Source: Myxococcota bacterium (GTDB taxonomy: Bacteria; Myxococcota_A; UBA796; UBA2385). Taken from it: DNA of 64,000 nt. The notes beneath the pieces are model-generated. The model made no database searches and was not told the DNA's origin. It saw only the letters and a list, made by a program, of their open reading frames with translations. The DNA lies in the NCBI GenBank assembly GCA_044344255.1, contig JBIJDH010000005.1:128001-192000 (forward strand), written 5' to 3'. This document shows, piece by piece, positions 10,234 through 20,215 of the stretch; the first letter of the stretch is position 1; each line of letters opens with the position of its first letter. Made by a program: the position numbers and the translations under genes.

Positions 10234-10409
10234 CGATGGCCCCGAAGGGCGGTGCGATGGCCCCGAAGGGCAGTGCGATGGCCCCGAAGGGCAGTGCGAT
10301 GGCCCCGAAGGGCAGTGCGATGGCCCCGAAGGGCAGTGCGATGGCCCCGAAGGGCGATGCGATGGCCCCGAAGGGCGATGCGATGGCCCCGAAGGGCGAT
10401 GCGATGGCC
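10234..10409. repeat. 21-bp tandem repeat, 8 copies plus a partial copy (CGATGGCCCCGAAGGGCRRTG)
   Basis: Directly visible between two convergent genes; no unique spacers. Confidence 0.95.
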
Positions 10410-10456
10410 TTCGTTCAGCCGAGCCACCGCGACCGGGCGGAGCGCCGACGTCGGGG

Positions 10457-11380
10457 TCAAGGCCCGATCGGCAGCAGGGACTGGAGCAGCGGCAACAGGA
10501 GCGCGGCGTCGGCGCGGATGTTGTCGGCCTGTCGGCGGAGCGTCTCGGCGGTCTGTCGGGCGGCGTCTGCCTGGTCGGCGGGGGAGAGGGCGATGAGGTC
10601 GCAGCGGGGCTGGACCTCTCCCCAGAACTGCCCATAGGCGCAGCGGCGGATGTGCCCCTGGGCGAGCTCGGACTGGACGGCCCGGTCGAGGGCGCCGAGG
10701 CGGGCGGCGGCGAAGGACTGGAGGCCCTGCGGGCTCGCGAGGGCGCGGCGGAGCTCCTCCCGGCCGCTGGGGGCGCCGGGCGCGGGGCCGAGCTCGACCT
10801 CGGAGGCGGCGATGGGCCAGCGGCTGCGGCGGCTGAGCGTGACGCGGTCGGTGATGCCCGCCGACGAGAGGCGCAGCAGCACGAGGTCGTAGTCGTCCTC
10901 GGCGGGGTCCTGTGCGAGGTCGAGCCGCAGGCGGACCGCCCAGTCACCCTCTTCGGGAAAGAGGCCGGCCTCGTAGGAGAGGGCGATCACCGGCCCGTCG
11001 TCGCCCTCGTCGGCGCCCCCGTGGAGGGACCCCTGCTCGACGGCGAGGCTGCGCCAGCCCACGCCGCGTCGCTCCTCTTGGCCCCAGCAGCCCGCCGCGG
11101 CGGAGAGGCCGAGGCACCAGGACTCGCGGGGCCCGCTGCCGGAGGTGGAGGGCCCCTCGTGCGCCCAGCCGACGCTGTTCGTGACGGCGGCCCCATGGAG
11201 GCGGTGCGCGAGGGCGTCGAGCTCGGCGCTGGCGAAGGGGAGGCCGGCGTTGGGGTCAGGGCCCGCGGCCCGGCGCGGGCAGGCCAGGAGGCCGAGCAGC
11301 AGCAGGCCGCCGAGGGGGGCGACCGTGGAGCGCGGCGCTCGCGGCGGCCTGGGGCTTGGAGGTGGAGGTGGACGGTGCAC
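10457..11380 (-). CDS. Hypothetical lipoprotein
   Basis: LLLLGLLAC lipobox-like segment; start codon uncertain. Confidence 0.55.
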   Translation of the reverse strand: MHRPPPPPSPRPPRAPRSTVAPLGGLLLLGLLACPRRAAGPDPNAGLPFASAELDALAHRLHGAAVTNSVGWAHEGPSTSGSGPRESWCLGLSAAAGCWGQEERRGVGWRSLAVEQGSLHGGADEGDDGPVIALSYEAGLFPEEGDWAVRLRLDLAQDPAEDDYDLVLLRLSSAGITDRVTLSRRSRWPIAASEVELGPAPGAPSGREELRRALASPQGLQSFAAARLGALDRAVQSELAQGHIRRCAYGQFWGEVQPRCDLIALSPADQADAARQTAETLRRQADNIRADAALLLPLLQSLLPIGP

Positions 11381-11415
11381 GGTTGGCCTGTGCTACGGTT
11401 CGGGCGGAGGTGGTC

Positions 11416-13401
11416 TTGGGCGTGAGAGCGGGCGTCGTCAACGATGGGTCGGGGCCCGAGGTCCCCGATCAGCTCGACATGATGCCCGAGGTGCGGCGCT
11501 TCGCCCACCTCGTCCTCGACCGGGAGCTGCGCCCGCCCATCGCGATCGGCCTGCTCGGCGAGTGGGGCTCGGGGCGGAGCTTCTTCCTCGAGCGACTCCG
11601 ACAGGAGGTGCGCCGGGTGGCGGCGCGGGAGGGGTCGGCCGAGCGGCACGTGCGAAACGTCTGTGACGTCTCCTTCAACGCCTGGCACTTCGTCGACACC
11701 AACCTCTGGGCCAGCCTCGCCGCGGAGATCTTCACGGGCCTCGACGTCTGGGTGCGCCGCTCGCACACGCTGCCGCTGCACCTCCGCCGCGAGCGGGCGG
11801 GAGAGGCGCTGATCGAGGCCAAGACCGCCGAGGAGGCGGCCGAGGAGGCCCTCCGGCTGGCGCGGCGCCGAGAGGAGGAGGTCCGCGCCGACGCGGTCGC
11901 CGCCCGTCGGCGCGAGGAGCAGCGCCTGCGCGAGGTGGGCTCCCTGTTTGATCCCGACGTGGCGCGGGCGGTGCTCGACACCGAGAGCGGTCGACAGACC
12001 CGCGATCGACTGAACAAGGCCCTCTCCGACATCGGGCTGGCCGAGATCCCCGACGAGCTGCTCGGACAGGTTGCTTTCGGCGAGGACATCCGGGTGCGCG
12101 CCCGCAGCGGAGCGGTGCTGCTCTCGGCGATGGGGCGGAGCCTCTTCGCCTGGGATCCGCTCAAGTGGGCGATGATCTGCATCCTCTTTGCGTTGTCTGT
12201 CGTCCCCGAGCACCCCTGGTTCAAGGGCTTCGATGCCCACGTCCCGCAGGTCTTTGTCGGAGTGGGGGCGATCCTCCGTCAGGTGCAGAGCGCCTTCTCG
12301 CGGGTGCGCACCGTGGTGGAGCAGGGCTTCTCCCTAGAGCGACAGGCCGTGGCGGCGCGGGACGGGGTGCTGCTCCGCCGAATGGAGGCCCGCGAGGTGG
12401 AGGCGGCCGCCGAGACGGCGCGCCTGCGGGCCGCCGAGGAGGCCCTCCAGGCGGCGCGGGCTCGTTCAAAGCAGGCGGAGGACACGCTCAGCGACCTCCA
12501 GCCCCGCCAGCTCCTCGCCACGCTGAGCGCCGCCGCCGCCGCGGAGGGGGGGAGATACCGACAGGAGGAGGGCATCATCGCGGCCATTCGGCGTGACCTG
12601 TCGAGCCTCGAGCAGATCTTACGAGAGGACCCTGAGAACCTCGACCGCGTCGTGCTCTACATCGATGATCTCGACCGCTGCCCGCCCGACAAGATCGTCG
12701 AGGTGCTCCAAGCGGTGCACCTCCTGCTCGCCTTCGAGCTCTTCGTGGTGGTGGTCGCGGCCGATCCGGCCACCCTCGAGCGGGCCCTCGTCCAGCACCA
12801 TCAGGGCGGCGGCGGCCTCGACGGTCGCACGGAGGCCATTCACTGGCTGGAGAAGGTCTTTCAGATCCCCTATCGGGTGGGGCGCCTCTCCCGGCGCGGC
12901 TTCGAGAACATCGTGGACTCCCTCAGCGCGCCGACGGTCCAGGCGGTCGAGGAGGCCAACACCATCGAGCTGCCCCCGCTCGATCCCGCCCTCCGCTTCA
13001 CCCTCTCGCCGGCGGAGCTCTCCTTCATCCGCGGCCTTCACGGCTTCGTGCGCACTCCTCGCTGCGCGCGGCGCCTGTTCAATACGTACTACCTGTTGCG
13101 GGCCGGGGTCCCCGAGGCCGAGCTCCCGGCCTTCGTGGCGGAGGAGCACCGAGTCACCTTGACCCTCCTCGCGCTCGCCGTGTCCTGGTCGACGGGCGGC
13201 GCCCGCCTCCTCCGGGCGGTGGCGGCGGGGCAGGAGCCCCTCGAGGTCCTGCGTGCCCCCGAGGCGCTGGCGGAGCCGGGCGGCGCCGAGCTGGCGGCCG
13301 TCTTCACGGCGCTGCGACCCGCCCTCTCACCCCCGGGGCCGGTGTGGCCCCGGATGGCGGAGCGGGTGGCCCGCTTCACCTTCTGGGGCCTCGAGGGCTG
13401 A
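11416..13401 (+). CDS. KAP-family P-loop NTPase with coiled coils and TM segment
   Basis: IAIGLLGEWGSGRS (Walker A), FNAWHF, VVLYIDDLDRC (Walker B), WLEKVFQIPY, TPR..RRL.N. GGAGG RBS precedes TTG 11416. Confidence 0.85.
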   Translation: MGVRAGVVNDGSGPEVPDQLDMMPEVRRFAHLVLDRELRPPIAIGLLGEWGSGRSFFLERLRQEVRRVAAREGSAERHVRNVCDVSFNAWHFVDTNLWASLAAEIFTGLDVWVRRSHTLPLHLRRERAGEALIEAKTAEEAAEEALRLARRREEEVRADAVAARRREEQRLREVGSLFDPDVARAVLDTESGRQTRDRLNKALSDIGLAEIPDELLGQVAFGEDIRVRARSGAVLLSAMGRSLFAWDPLKWAMICILFALSVVPEHPWFKGFDAHVPQVFVGVGAILRQVQSAFSRVRTVVEQGFSLERQAVAARDGVLLRRMEAREVEAAAETARLRAAEEALQAARARSKQAEDTLSDLQPRQLLATLSAAAAAEGGRYRQEEGIIAAIRRDLSSLEQILREDPENLDRVVLYIDDLDRCPPDKIVEVLQAVHLLLAFELFVVVVAADPATLERALVQHHQGGGGLDGRTEAIHWLEKVFQIPYRVGRLSRRGFENIVDSLSAPTVQAVEEANTIELPPLDPALRFTLSPAELSFIRGLHGFVRTPRCARRLFNTYYLLRAGVPEAELPAFVAEEHRVTLTLLALAVSWSTGGARLLRAVAAGQEPLEVLRAPEALAEPGGAELAAVFTALRPALSPPGPVWPRMAERVARFTFWGLEG

Positions 13402-13417
13402 TCCGCTGAGCCCTCGG

Positions 13418-14011
13418 CTAAGACGCCGCGCCGTCGGCGTACGGAGGCGCTGGGTCGTATTGGATATATCGCTGAACCTCGCGGGCGAAGGGGGCGCCGT
13501 GGAGCTGGCCCACCAGCCACAGCGCCATGTCGATGCCGGCCGAGACCCCGGCCGCCGTGACGACGTTGCCGTCCACCACGTAGCGGGCGTCGGTGCGCAC
13601 GGTGACGGGGTGCTGCCGCAGCTCCTCCACACAGGACCAGTGGGTGGTGACCGCGCGACCCGTGGCCAGCCCGGCCGCCACGAGCACGAAAGCGCCAGTG
13701 CAGACGCTCGTGATCCAGGTGCAGCCCGGGGCCTGGGCGCGCAGGAGGTCGAGCATCGCGGGGTTGTGCATCTGACGGCGCCGCCCGTCGCCGCCGGGCA
13801 CGAGCAGCACGTCGAGGGCCGGCGCGTCGGCCCAGGCCATGGCGGGTACCACGACCATCCCCTTCGCGCAGCGCAGGGGGGCGGTGCCCTCGCCGAGGAT
13901 CAGCACGCGGTCTGTGCCGTTCATCTCGGCGGCGGCGGCGAAGACCTCATAGGGCCCGACGAAGTCGAGCTCCTCTGCGTCGGGGAAGACCAGCACACCA
14001 ATTGTGGCCAT
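13418..14011 (-). CDS. DJ-1/PfpI family protein
   Basis: EELDFVGPYEV, LLVPGG, SVCTGA, TAAGVSAGIDMAL. Confidence 0.92.
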   Translation of the reverse strand: MATIGVLVFPDAEELDFVGPYEVFAAAAEMNGTDRVLILGEGTAPLRCAKGMVVVPAMAWADAPALDVLLVPGGDGRRRQMHNPAMLDLLRAQAPGCTWITSVCTGAFVLVAAGLATGRAVTTHWSCVEELRQHPVTVRTDARYVVDGNVVTAAGVSAGIDMALWLVGQLHGAPFAREVQRYIQYDPAPPYADGAAS

Positions 14012-14151
14012 GAGGAGCGCTCCGGCGGGGGCGGGCCTGTCTATCCCGGCGCCTCGGCCCCGTCGTTGTTCCGGGGGTCTCGCCGCCTGGACCTCGCCGC
14101 CTGGACCGCCCCCCCGGAGGTCGATAGCGAGTCGGCCCCATCGGAGCCCCC

Positions 14152-14544
14152 ATGAAGCCGCGCCTGTCCGTCCTCCTGCCCCTCTCGCTCATCGCCCTCG
14201 CGGCGCTCGCCTGTGGAGGTGCCGAAGAAGCGGAGCCCCGCGCGGAGCAGGCCCCGGCCGCTGCCCAGGACGAGGGCGCGCTCCGCAGCGTCCTCGGCAG
14301 CACCGAGGGCACCTACGGCTGGGAGACCCAGGGCGGCACGCTCAGCTACGACTTCTTCGCCGACGGCCGCGTGCACATGCAGGGCCCGGACGGTGAGGCC
14401 ACCATGTGGACCGGCCAGTGGGCCCTCGCCGGTGACCAGCTCACCGTCACCGAGCCCAGCCACCCCACCGAGACCTTCTCCGTCGCCCGCGACGGCGACC
14501 GCCTCCTCCTCAACGGCACCCCCTGGACCCGCTACAAGCCCTGA
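14152..14544 (+). CDS. Small lipoprotein, hypothetical
   Basis: GGAG RBS; LAALAC lipobox; beta-rich body. Confidence 0.7.
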   Translation: MKPRLSVLLPLSLIALAALACGGAEEAEPRAEQAPAAAQDEGALRSVLGSTEGTYGWETQGGTLSYDFFADGRVHMQGPDGEATMWTGQWALAGDQLTVTEPSHPTETFSVARDGDRLLLNGTPWTRYKP

Positions 14545-14607
14545 GCGGCCCGACCCGGAGCGCGATCCGCGATAGACCGAGCTTCCACCCGCAGCCCAGG
14601 ACGCGCC

Positions 14608-17022
14608 ATGATTCGCCCTCGCCCGCCCTGGCGCCGTGTCCTCCTCCTGTCGGGTGCCCTGCTCTCGCCGCGCGTCGCCTGGGCGTTGAGCTGCGACGAG
14701 ATCCTGAACATGGTGATGGTCAACGTCCCCACGAACATCGTGGCGATGACGATCAAGGACAGCGGAGAGGACTTTTCGTCAGAGGTGCTGTCCTGCCTCG
14801 AACGGCAGGGCGCCCCCGCCGAGGTGCAGGCCGCGTGGCGCGCCCTCCGCCGGCCCACCTCGGACTCGAAGGCGAACGTGGCGCCGCCCGCTCCGGTCTC
14901 CCCGTCGGCCGCGCCAGCCCGGCCCTCCGCCGAAGGGAAGGTCCCGCCGGAGGTGCAGGCGGCGGTGGAGCTCGCGCGGGCGGGGAAGCACGATCGCGCC
15001 GCCCCCGCGCTCTTCGCGCTTGTCCAGTCGGGCCGCTTCCTCGAGCAGGAGCCGAGGCTCCTCTACCTCCTCGCCAGCAGCCTGGAGGCGCTCAATCTGG
15101 ACCACAGCGCTCAGATCCAGTTTATCGAGGTGGTCAAGAAGGGCACGGCCGGGGCGTACTTCTCTCCTGCGCTCGAGCATTTGGTGCACCTCGCCGAGCG
15201 GACGGGCGATTGGACGGACATTGATCGGATCTTCCCCAAGGTGCCACCCGAGGCCGTCCCGAGGTCCATTCGCGCGACCTATCACTATCGAATGGGTCGG
15301 CGCTCGCTGCGCGACGGTGACCTCACCGAAGCAAAGAAATTCCTCGACCAGGTGCCCGAGGGCTCCCTCACCTCGCTGCGGGCCCGCTTCCTCAGCGGGT
15401 CGATCTACGGCCGGCAGGCGAAGCTCAAGAGCGCGATGCGCATGTTCCTGGAGGTCGCTCGAGAGGCGAGCCGGGTGGACGCGACCGCAGGGGCCCAGCA
15501 GCGGGAGGTGGACCTCCTCGTAGACCTCTCCCTGCTCAACACCGCGCGGCTCTACTATTCGATTGAGCGGTACGCGAACGCGCTCGAGTATTACGCTCTG
15601 GTCTCGTCGCGAGGCCCCACCTATTCGACGGCGGCCTTCGAGGCGGCTTGGGCCGCCTTCATGATGGACGACCGGGCGGGGGCCCGAAGCCACCTCGGGC
15701 GGATCAATGGAAATGCCACGGCACCGAAGAAGCGCCAGACGCTGATCGACAAGGGGAGGTCCGACGAGGTGATCTGGCCTCTCTCCTATCCCGAGTCGGA
15801 CGTCCTCGCCGCGCTCATCGAGATCGAGGACTGCCGAGCGGACGCAGCCAGGGCGCGCCTCGACGCGGCGGACGCGCTGCGCCTGCCCCTGGCGAGTGAG
15901 CTCAGCTCCTTCGTGAAGGCATATGCCACGGAGGATGGAAAAAAACGGGCAGAGAACGCCTTCGATTCGTTCTTCCGTTCGGAGTCTGGCGACCTCGGCC
16001 ACAGCCGGGCGCTGCGACCCACTCTCCTCCAGGATCGAGAGCTGGCCGGGCTAGTCGATCACATCAGCCGGATGAACGTGGAGCGAGCCCGAATCCAGGC
16101 GCAGGGACAGGACTGGGGCGGCAGCGGCCTGACCGCGGCGCTGGTCGCCGGTGTCGCCGAAGACCAGACGCGGCTCCGTCGCAGGGCGGGCCTGGTGCTC
16201 CTGGGGGAGCTCGCGACGGAGGCCAACCGGCTGCAGGACATCTCTACGCAGGTGAGCCAGATACGATCGGAGCTGGCCTCAACCAGCGCGAGCGCCCGGG
16301 CGAGGTGCTCAGCCGGGGCGCCTGCCTCGGCGACCGCCGTTTCAGCCGCCGTGTCACTCCCTGTCCGACCCGCTCAGCCCCAAGCCGTCGCGACCCCCGT
16401 GACCGCGGATCGCGCTCGGGAGCGCGGCGGGCGCCGTGGGGCGGCCGAGGAGCCCGACGACGGCCTCCCCATCGCGGTGCGCGCCGCGCTGGAGCGCGCC
16501 GGTTGGACCCCGACGTTCAATCACTCGGCCACCTTCACCGCGGGGGACATCCTCCGGAGCGGCAGCAGCACGCCGGTGGTCTTCGGCAAGGAGTGTTTTA
16601 TCGCGGAGCCGCGGGAGGGGGGCTACAGCAGCCTCGACGTCATCCAGGCCTTGCAGGCCGGAGGCCGCCTCCCCCTGTTGGGAAGCACGGAGCTCCGCGC
16701 GGACGGCATGCAGTACAAGCAGGTGCGCTTCGCCGATCCCTTCGTCTCTGAGCTCTCGGAGATGACCATGACCCCGACGGAGCCCTGCCTGAGCTTCCTG
16801 CGGGCACAGCGGGTGAAAGGCGAGGACCTCTCGCAGTGGGTGGTGATTCAGGCGGTGATGAAGGCGGAGATCAAGGAGCAGGTCTGTCGGGAGCTCGAGG
16901 CGGCGGTTGGCCTCGGGGCGGTGGGGGTGTCTGCCGGGATGAGCAGCCAGTGTCTCCAGGGATCGAACGGGCAGGTGGCGGTCGCCTTCAAGCTGCGTCC
17001 GGTCCTCGACCTCATCCGTTGA
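14608..17022 (+). CDS. Secreted TPR protein resembling myxobacterial GltC-type gliding proteins, fused to an extra C-terminal domain
   Basis: Signal peptide (AWA|LSC); several TPR-like helical repeats; Pro/Ala linkers; distinct Cys-containing C-terminal domain. The GltC similarity is from recall only. Confidence 0.55.
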   Translation: MIRPRPPWRRVLLLSGALLSPRVAWALSCDEILNMVMVNVPTNIVAMTIKDSGEDFSSEVLSCLERQGAPAEVQAAWRALRRPTSDSKANVAPPAPVSPSAAPARPSAEGKVPPEVQAAVELARAGKHDRAAPALFALVQSGRFLEQEPRLLYLLASSLEALNLDHSAQIQFIEVVKKGTAGAYFSPALEHLVHLAERTGDWTDIDRIFPKVPPEAVPRSIRATYHYRMGRRSLRDGDLTEAKKFLDQVPEGSLTSLRARFLSGSIYGRQAKLKSAMRMFLEVAREASRVDATAGAQQREVDLLVDLSLLNTARLYYSIERYANALEYYALVSSRGPTYSTAAFEAAWAAFMMDDRAGARSHLGRINGNATAPKKRQTLIDKGRSDEVIWPLSYPESDVLAALIEIEDCRADAARARLDAADALRLPLASELSSFVKAYATEDGKKRAENAFDSFFRSESGDLGHSRALRPTLLQDRELAGLVDHISRMNVERARIQAQGQDWGGSGLTAALVAGVAEDQTRLRRRAGLVLLGELATEANRLQDISTQVSQIRSELASTSASARARCSAGAPASATAVSAAVSLPVRPAQPQAVATPVTADRARERGGRRGAAEEPDDGLPIAVRAALERAGWTPTFNHSATFTAGDILRSGSSTPVVFGKECFIAEPREGGYSSLDVIQALQAGGRLPLLGSTELRADGMQYKQVRFADPFVSELSEMTMTPTEPCLSFLRAQRVKGEDLSQWVVIQAVMKAEIKEQVCRELEAAVGLGAVGVSAGMSSQCLQGSNGQVAVAFKLRPVLDLIR

Positions 17023-17086
17023 GCGGCCCTGCGCGACTCCCGTCCATGGGAGGCGCGCCGCGGTAGAGTGCCCCTTGAGGTGCCCG

Positions 17087-17668
17087 ATGGCCGAAGCCGC
17101 CCGCAAGCTCCACCGGAGCTACGACGAACACCTGGCCTTGGAGGAGGAGACAGGCCTTCGCCATGAGTACCTGGACGGCGAGGCATGGGCGATGGCCGGG
17201 GGGACGATCCGCCACGCCGGGATCCAGGGGAACCTCTACGGCGCCGTGCGAGACGCCCTTCGGGGGCGCCCTTGCCGGCCATTCGGCTCCGACTGCAAGG
17301 TTCGGATCCCCGACACGGGCCTCGCCACCTACCCCGACCTCAGCGTCATCTGCGGCCCACCTCTCGTCCAAGTCGACTTCCCCCGCGCCGCCATCAACCC
17401 GATCCTGCTCGCCGAGGTCCTCTCGGACAGCACCGAGGCCTGGGACCGTGGCGGAAAATTCGCGCACTACCGGCGCCTCCCTTCACTTCAGTACTACCTG
17501 CTCGTGAGCCAGGAACCGCAGCGCGTGGAGCTGTACTCACGGTCCACGGAGGGCGCCTGGACCCTCACGGAGTATGCCCCCGGGACGAGCGTGCCCTTGC
17601 CGCTCCTCGGCGTCACGCTCCCGGTCGACGCGCTCTACGAGGACCTCGTCGACGAAGAGCTCGTCTGA
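17087..17668 (+). CDS. Uma2 family PD-(D/E)XK putative endonuclease
   Basis: HEYLDGE..AMAGG, YPDLSVIC, EVLSDSTEAWDRGGKF..Y. Confidence 0.92.
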   Translation: MAEAARKLHRSYDEHLALEEETGLRHEYLDGEAWAMAGGTIRHAGIQGNLYGAVRDALRGRPCRPFGSDCKVRIPDTGLATYPDLSVICGPPLVQVDFPRAAINPILLAEVLSDSTEAWDRGGKFAHYRRLPSLQYYLLVSQEPQRVELYSRSTEGAWTLTEYAPGTSVPLPLLGVTLPVDALYEDLVDEELV

Positions 17669-17735
17669 GCCGCCCTCCTCCCGCCGGAGGGGCGCGGCGC
17701 GCTCCGGCCGGACGGGCAGGGTGATAGCCGGCGGC

Positions 17736-19094
17736 GTGACTACCACCGCCCCCTCCTTCTCCTCGCTCGGGGTCTCCCCGGCGCTCTGTCAGCTCCTCCT
17801 CACCGAGGGCCTGCTCCACCCTACGCCCATCCAGGTGGCGGCCATCCCGCCGCTGCTCTTGGGGGGTGACCTGCGGGTGGAGGCGGCCACCGGAACGGGG
17901 AAGACCCTCGCCTTCGGCCTCCCGCTGCTGCAGCGCCTCGACCTCAACTGGCGTGCCCCGCAGGCCCTCGTCATCGCCCCCACCCGCGAGCTCGCGGCGC
18001 AGATCGTGGCGGAGCTCCGGCGCTTCGGCAAGGGGCTGCCGGGGCTGCGGGTCGTCGCCCTCTGCGGCGGGGAGCCGCTCTTCGGGCAGGCGCGGGCCCT
18101 CGAGGCGGGGGCCCACGTGCTCGTCGGCACCCCCGGGCGCCTCCAGGATCATGTCGAGCGGGGCACGGTCTCGCTGCGCGGCGTGGGCGTGGTGGTGCTC
18201 GACGAGGCTGACCGGCTGCTCGATCTCGGCTTCCAGGACGCCGTGGAGGGGCTGCTCCTGGCGGTGCGGGCGGGCGGGCGCGCGGTGCAGGGGGTGCTCT
18301 GCTCGGCCACCTTCCCCGCTGAGGTGCTGCGCCTCGCTGAGGCGGTGCTGCGGAGCCCCGCCGTGGTCACCGCCGCGCAGCCGCCCGCCGCCCTCGATCA
18401 GGCGGTGGTGCCCTGCGCCACGCCGGCCGACCGCCTGCCGGCGCTCCAGGCCCTGCTCGCGCGCCTGAACCCCCTCGCGGCCCTGGTCTTCTGCAACCAG
18501 CGCCAGACCGTCGACGAGGTCGCTTCAGCGCTCCCCGCCGCGATGGCCCTCCACGGCGAGCACGAGCAGGAGCGGCGAAACGACGTGCTCGCGGCCTTCC
18601 GGAGCGGGAGCTGCCGGGTGCTCGTGGCCACCGACGTCGCCGGGCGCGGCCTCGACGTGGAGGGGGTGGAGCTCGTCGTCCACTATGACCTCCCCCCCAG
18701 CCCCTCGGCCGCCACCCACCGGAGCGGGCGCACCGGGCGGGCGGGCGCCGCGGGCCTGTCGGTGGCCCTGCTGCTGCCGAACCACGTCTCGCGGTGGGAG
18801 GGGCTGCTCGGCCCCCACGTGCGGCGGGTCGAGCTCCCGGCCGCCCTCCACGCCGAGGCTCACCCCGACTGGCGCTGCGTGCGCGTGGGGGCGGGGCGGC
18901 GCGACAAGCTCCGCCCGGGCGATCTGCTGGGCGCGCTCACCCGCGACGTCGGCCTTCCCCCGGAGGCGGTGGGCCGGATCGAGATCGGCGAGCGTTGCAG
19001 CTACGTGGCCCTGCGCCCGGCCGAGGCGCCGCGGGCCCTGCGCGAGCTCAAGCGGGTCAAGGGCAAGGGCGTGCGGGTGGACGCGGTGCGGTAG
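17736..19094 (+). CDS. dbpA: DEAD-box RNA helicase, DbpA-like, with C-terminal DbpA RNA-binding domain
   Basis: Q motif, GTGKT, PTRELA, TPGR, DEAD, SAT, HRSGRTGRAG; C-terminal GRRDKLRPGDLLGAL. Confidence 0.8.
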   Translation: MTTTAPSFSSLGVSPALCQLLLTEGLLHPTPIQVAAIPPLLLGGDLRVEAATGTGKTLAFGLPLLQRLDLNWRAPQALVIAPTRELAAQIVAELRRFGKGLPGLRVVALCGGEPLFGQARALEAGAHVLVGTPGRLQDHVERGTVSLRGVGVVVLDEADRLLDLGFQDAVEGLLLAVRAGGRAVQGVLCSATFPAEVLRLAEAVLRSPAVVTAAQPPAALDQAVVPCATPADRLPALQALLARLNPLAALVFCNQRQTVDEVASALPAAMALHGEHEQERRNDVLAAFRSGSCRVLVATDVAGRGLDVEGVELVVHYDLPPSPSAATHRSGRTGRAGAAGLSVALLLPNHVSRWEGLLGPHVRRVELPAALHAEAHPDWRCVRVGAGRRDKLRPGDLLGALTRDVGLPPEAVGRIEIGERCSYVALRPAEAPRALRELKRVKGKGVRVDAVR

Positions 19095-19164
19095 CGCGGT
19101 TGGGATAGGGTCCGGGCTCTACCCGACGCGCTCCCCAAGGGGCGCCCTTCGCCCTGGAGCCCCC

Positions 19165-20187
19165 GTGTCCAAGAGCCCGATCCTCTCCGCCGGCCCGCTG
19201 CAGGGCATGCACTGGCCCACGCTCGACCCCTTCCTCTTCTGCGCGCACCACAACGACAACTTTCCTGCGGGAGACGCCGAGATGGCCCCGAAGGCGAGCC
19301 TCGCGGGGCGGCAGCTCGGGAGTGACTTCTCGCAGAAGGACGGCTGGAGCATGTACCACGGCGAGTCGACGCCGGGCTTCCCCCAGCACCCCCACCGCGG
19401 CTTCGAGACGGTGACCCTCGCCCGCAGCGGCTTCATCGATCACAGCGACTCGATGGGGGCCACCGCTCGCTTTGGGCGCGGCGACGTGCAGTGGATGACC
19501 GCCGGCAAGGGAGTGGTCCACTGCGAGATGTTCCCCCTCGTCAACGAAGACGAGGAGAACCCGACCGAGCTCTTTCAGATCTGGCTGAACCTGCCCGCCC
19601 ACAACAAGATGGTCGAGCCCTACTTCACCATGCTGTGGTCGGGGAAGATCCCGCGGCACAACCTGAAGGACGCCGCGGGCCGCTCGGTGGTGGTGACCAC
19701 GATGGCGGGCGCCCTCAACGAACAGAGCCCGCCGCCGCCGCCGCCCGACTCCTGGGCCGGCAAGCCGGAGAACCACGTCGCCATCTGGACGGTCGTGCTG
19801 TCGGAGGGGGCCCGCTTCACCCTGCCCACGGCGCCCGCCTCGGCCAGCCGGGTGCTCTACCTGTTCAAGAACAAGGGGGCGCGGGTGGCCGATCGCAGCT
19901 TCAGCGGGCCGCAGGTGGTGCAGGTGCAGGCCGACGCGCCGGTGACCGTCGAGGCCACGGGCGGCGTCGTCGAGCTGCTCCTGCTTCAGGGCAACCCCAT
20001 CCGCGAGCCGGTCGCCCAGCAGGGCCCCTTCGTGATGAACACGCAGTCCGAGCTCCAGGCCGCCTTCAGCGACTACCGCCGCACCCGCTTCGGCGGCTGG
20101 CCCTGGAAGCGGCCCGACCCGGTCCACCCCCGGGAGGAGGGCCGCTTCGCCATCCACGCCGGCGGCCGGCGGGAGCGCCCAGAGTAA
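19165..20187 (+). CDS. Pirin family protein
   Basis: DPFLFCAHH, GFPQHPHRGFETVT, QWMTAGKGVVHCE, GPFVMN; GGAG RBS before GTG. Confidence 0.93.
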   Translation: MSKSPILSAGPLQGMHWPTLDPFLFCAHHNDNFPAGDAEMAPKASLAGRQLGSDFSQKDGWSMYHGESTPGFPQHPHRGFETVTLARSGFIDHSDSMGATARFGRGDVQWMTAGKGVVHCEMFPLVNEDEENPTELFQIWLNLPAHNKMVEPYFTMLWSGKIPRHNLKDAAGRSVVVTTMAGALNEQSPPPPPPDSWAGKPENHVAIWTVVLSEGARFTLPTAPASASRVLYLFKNKGARVADRSFSGPQVVQVQADAPVTVEATGGVVELLLLQGNPIREPVAQQGPFVMNTQSELQAAFSDYRRTRFGGWPWKRPDPVHPREEGRFAIHAGGRRERPE

Positions 20188-20215
20188 ACAGGGGGAACCC
20201 GGGCAGGCGTCGGGG

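Noticed and set aside
10234..10409. CRISPR array
   Set aside because: Units are contiguous with no unique spacers, and there are no cas genes in the window.
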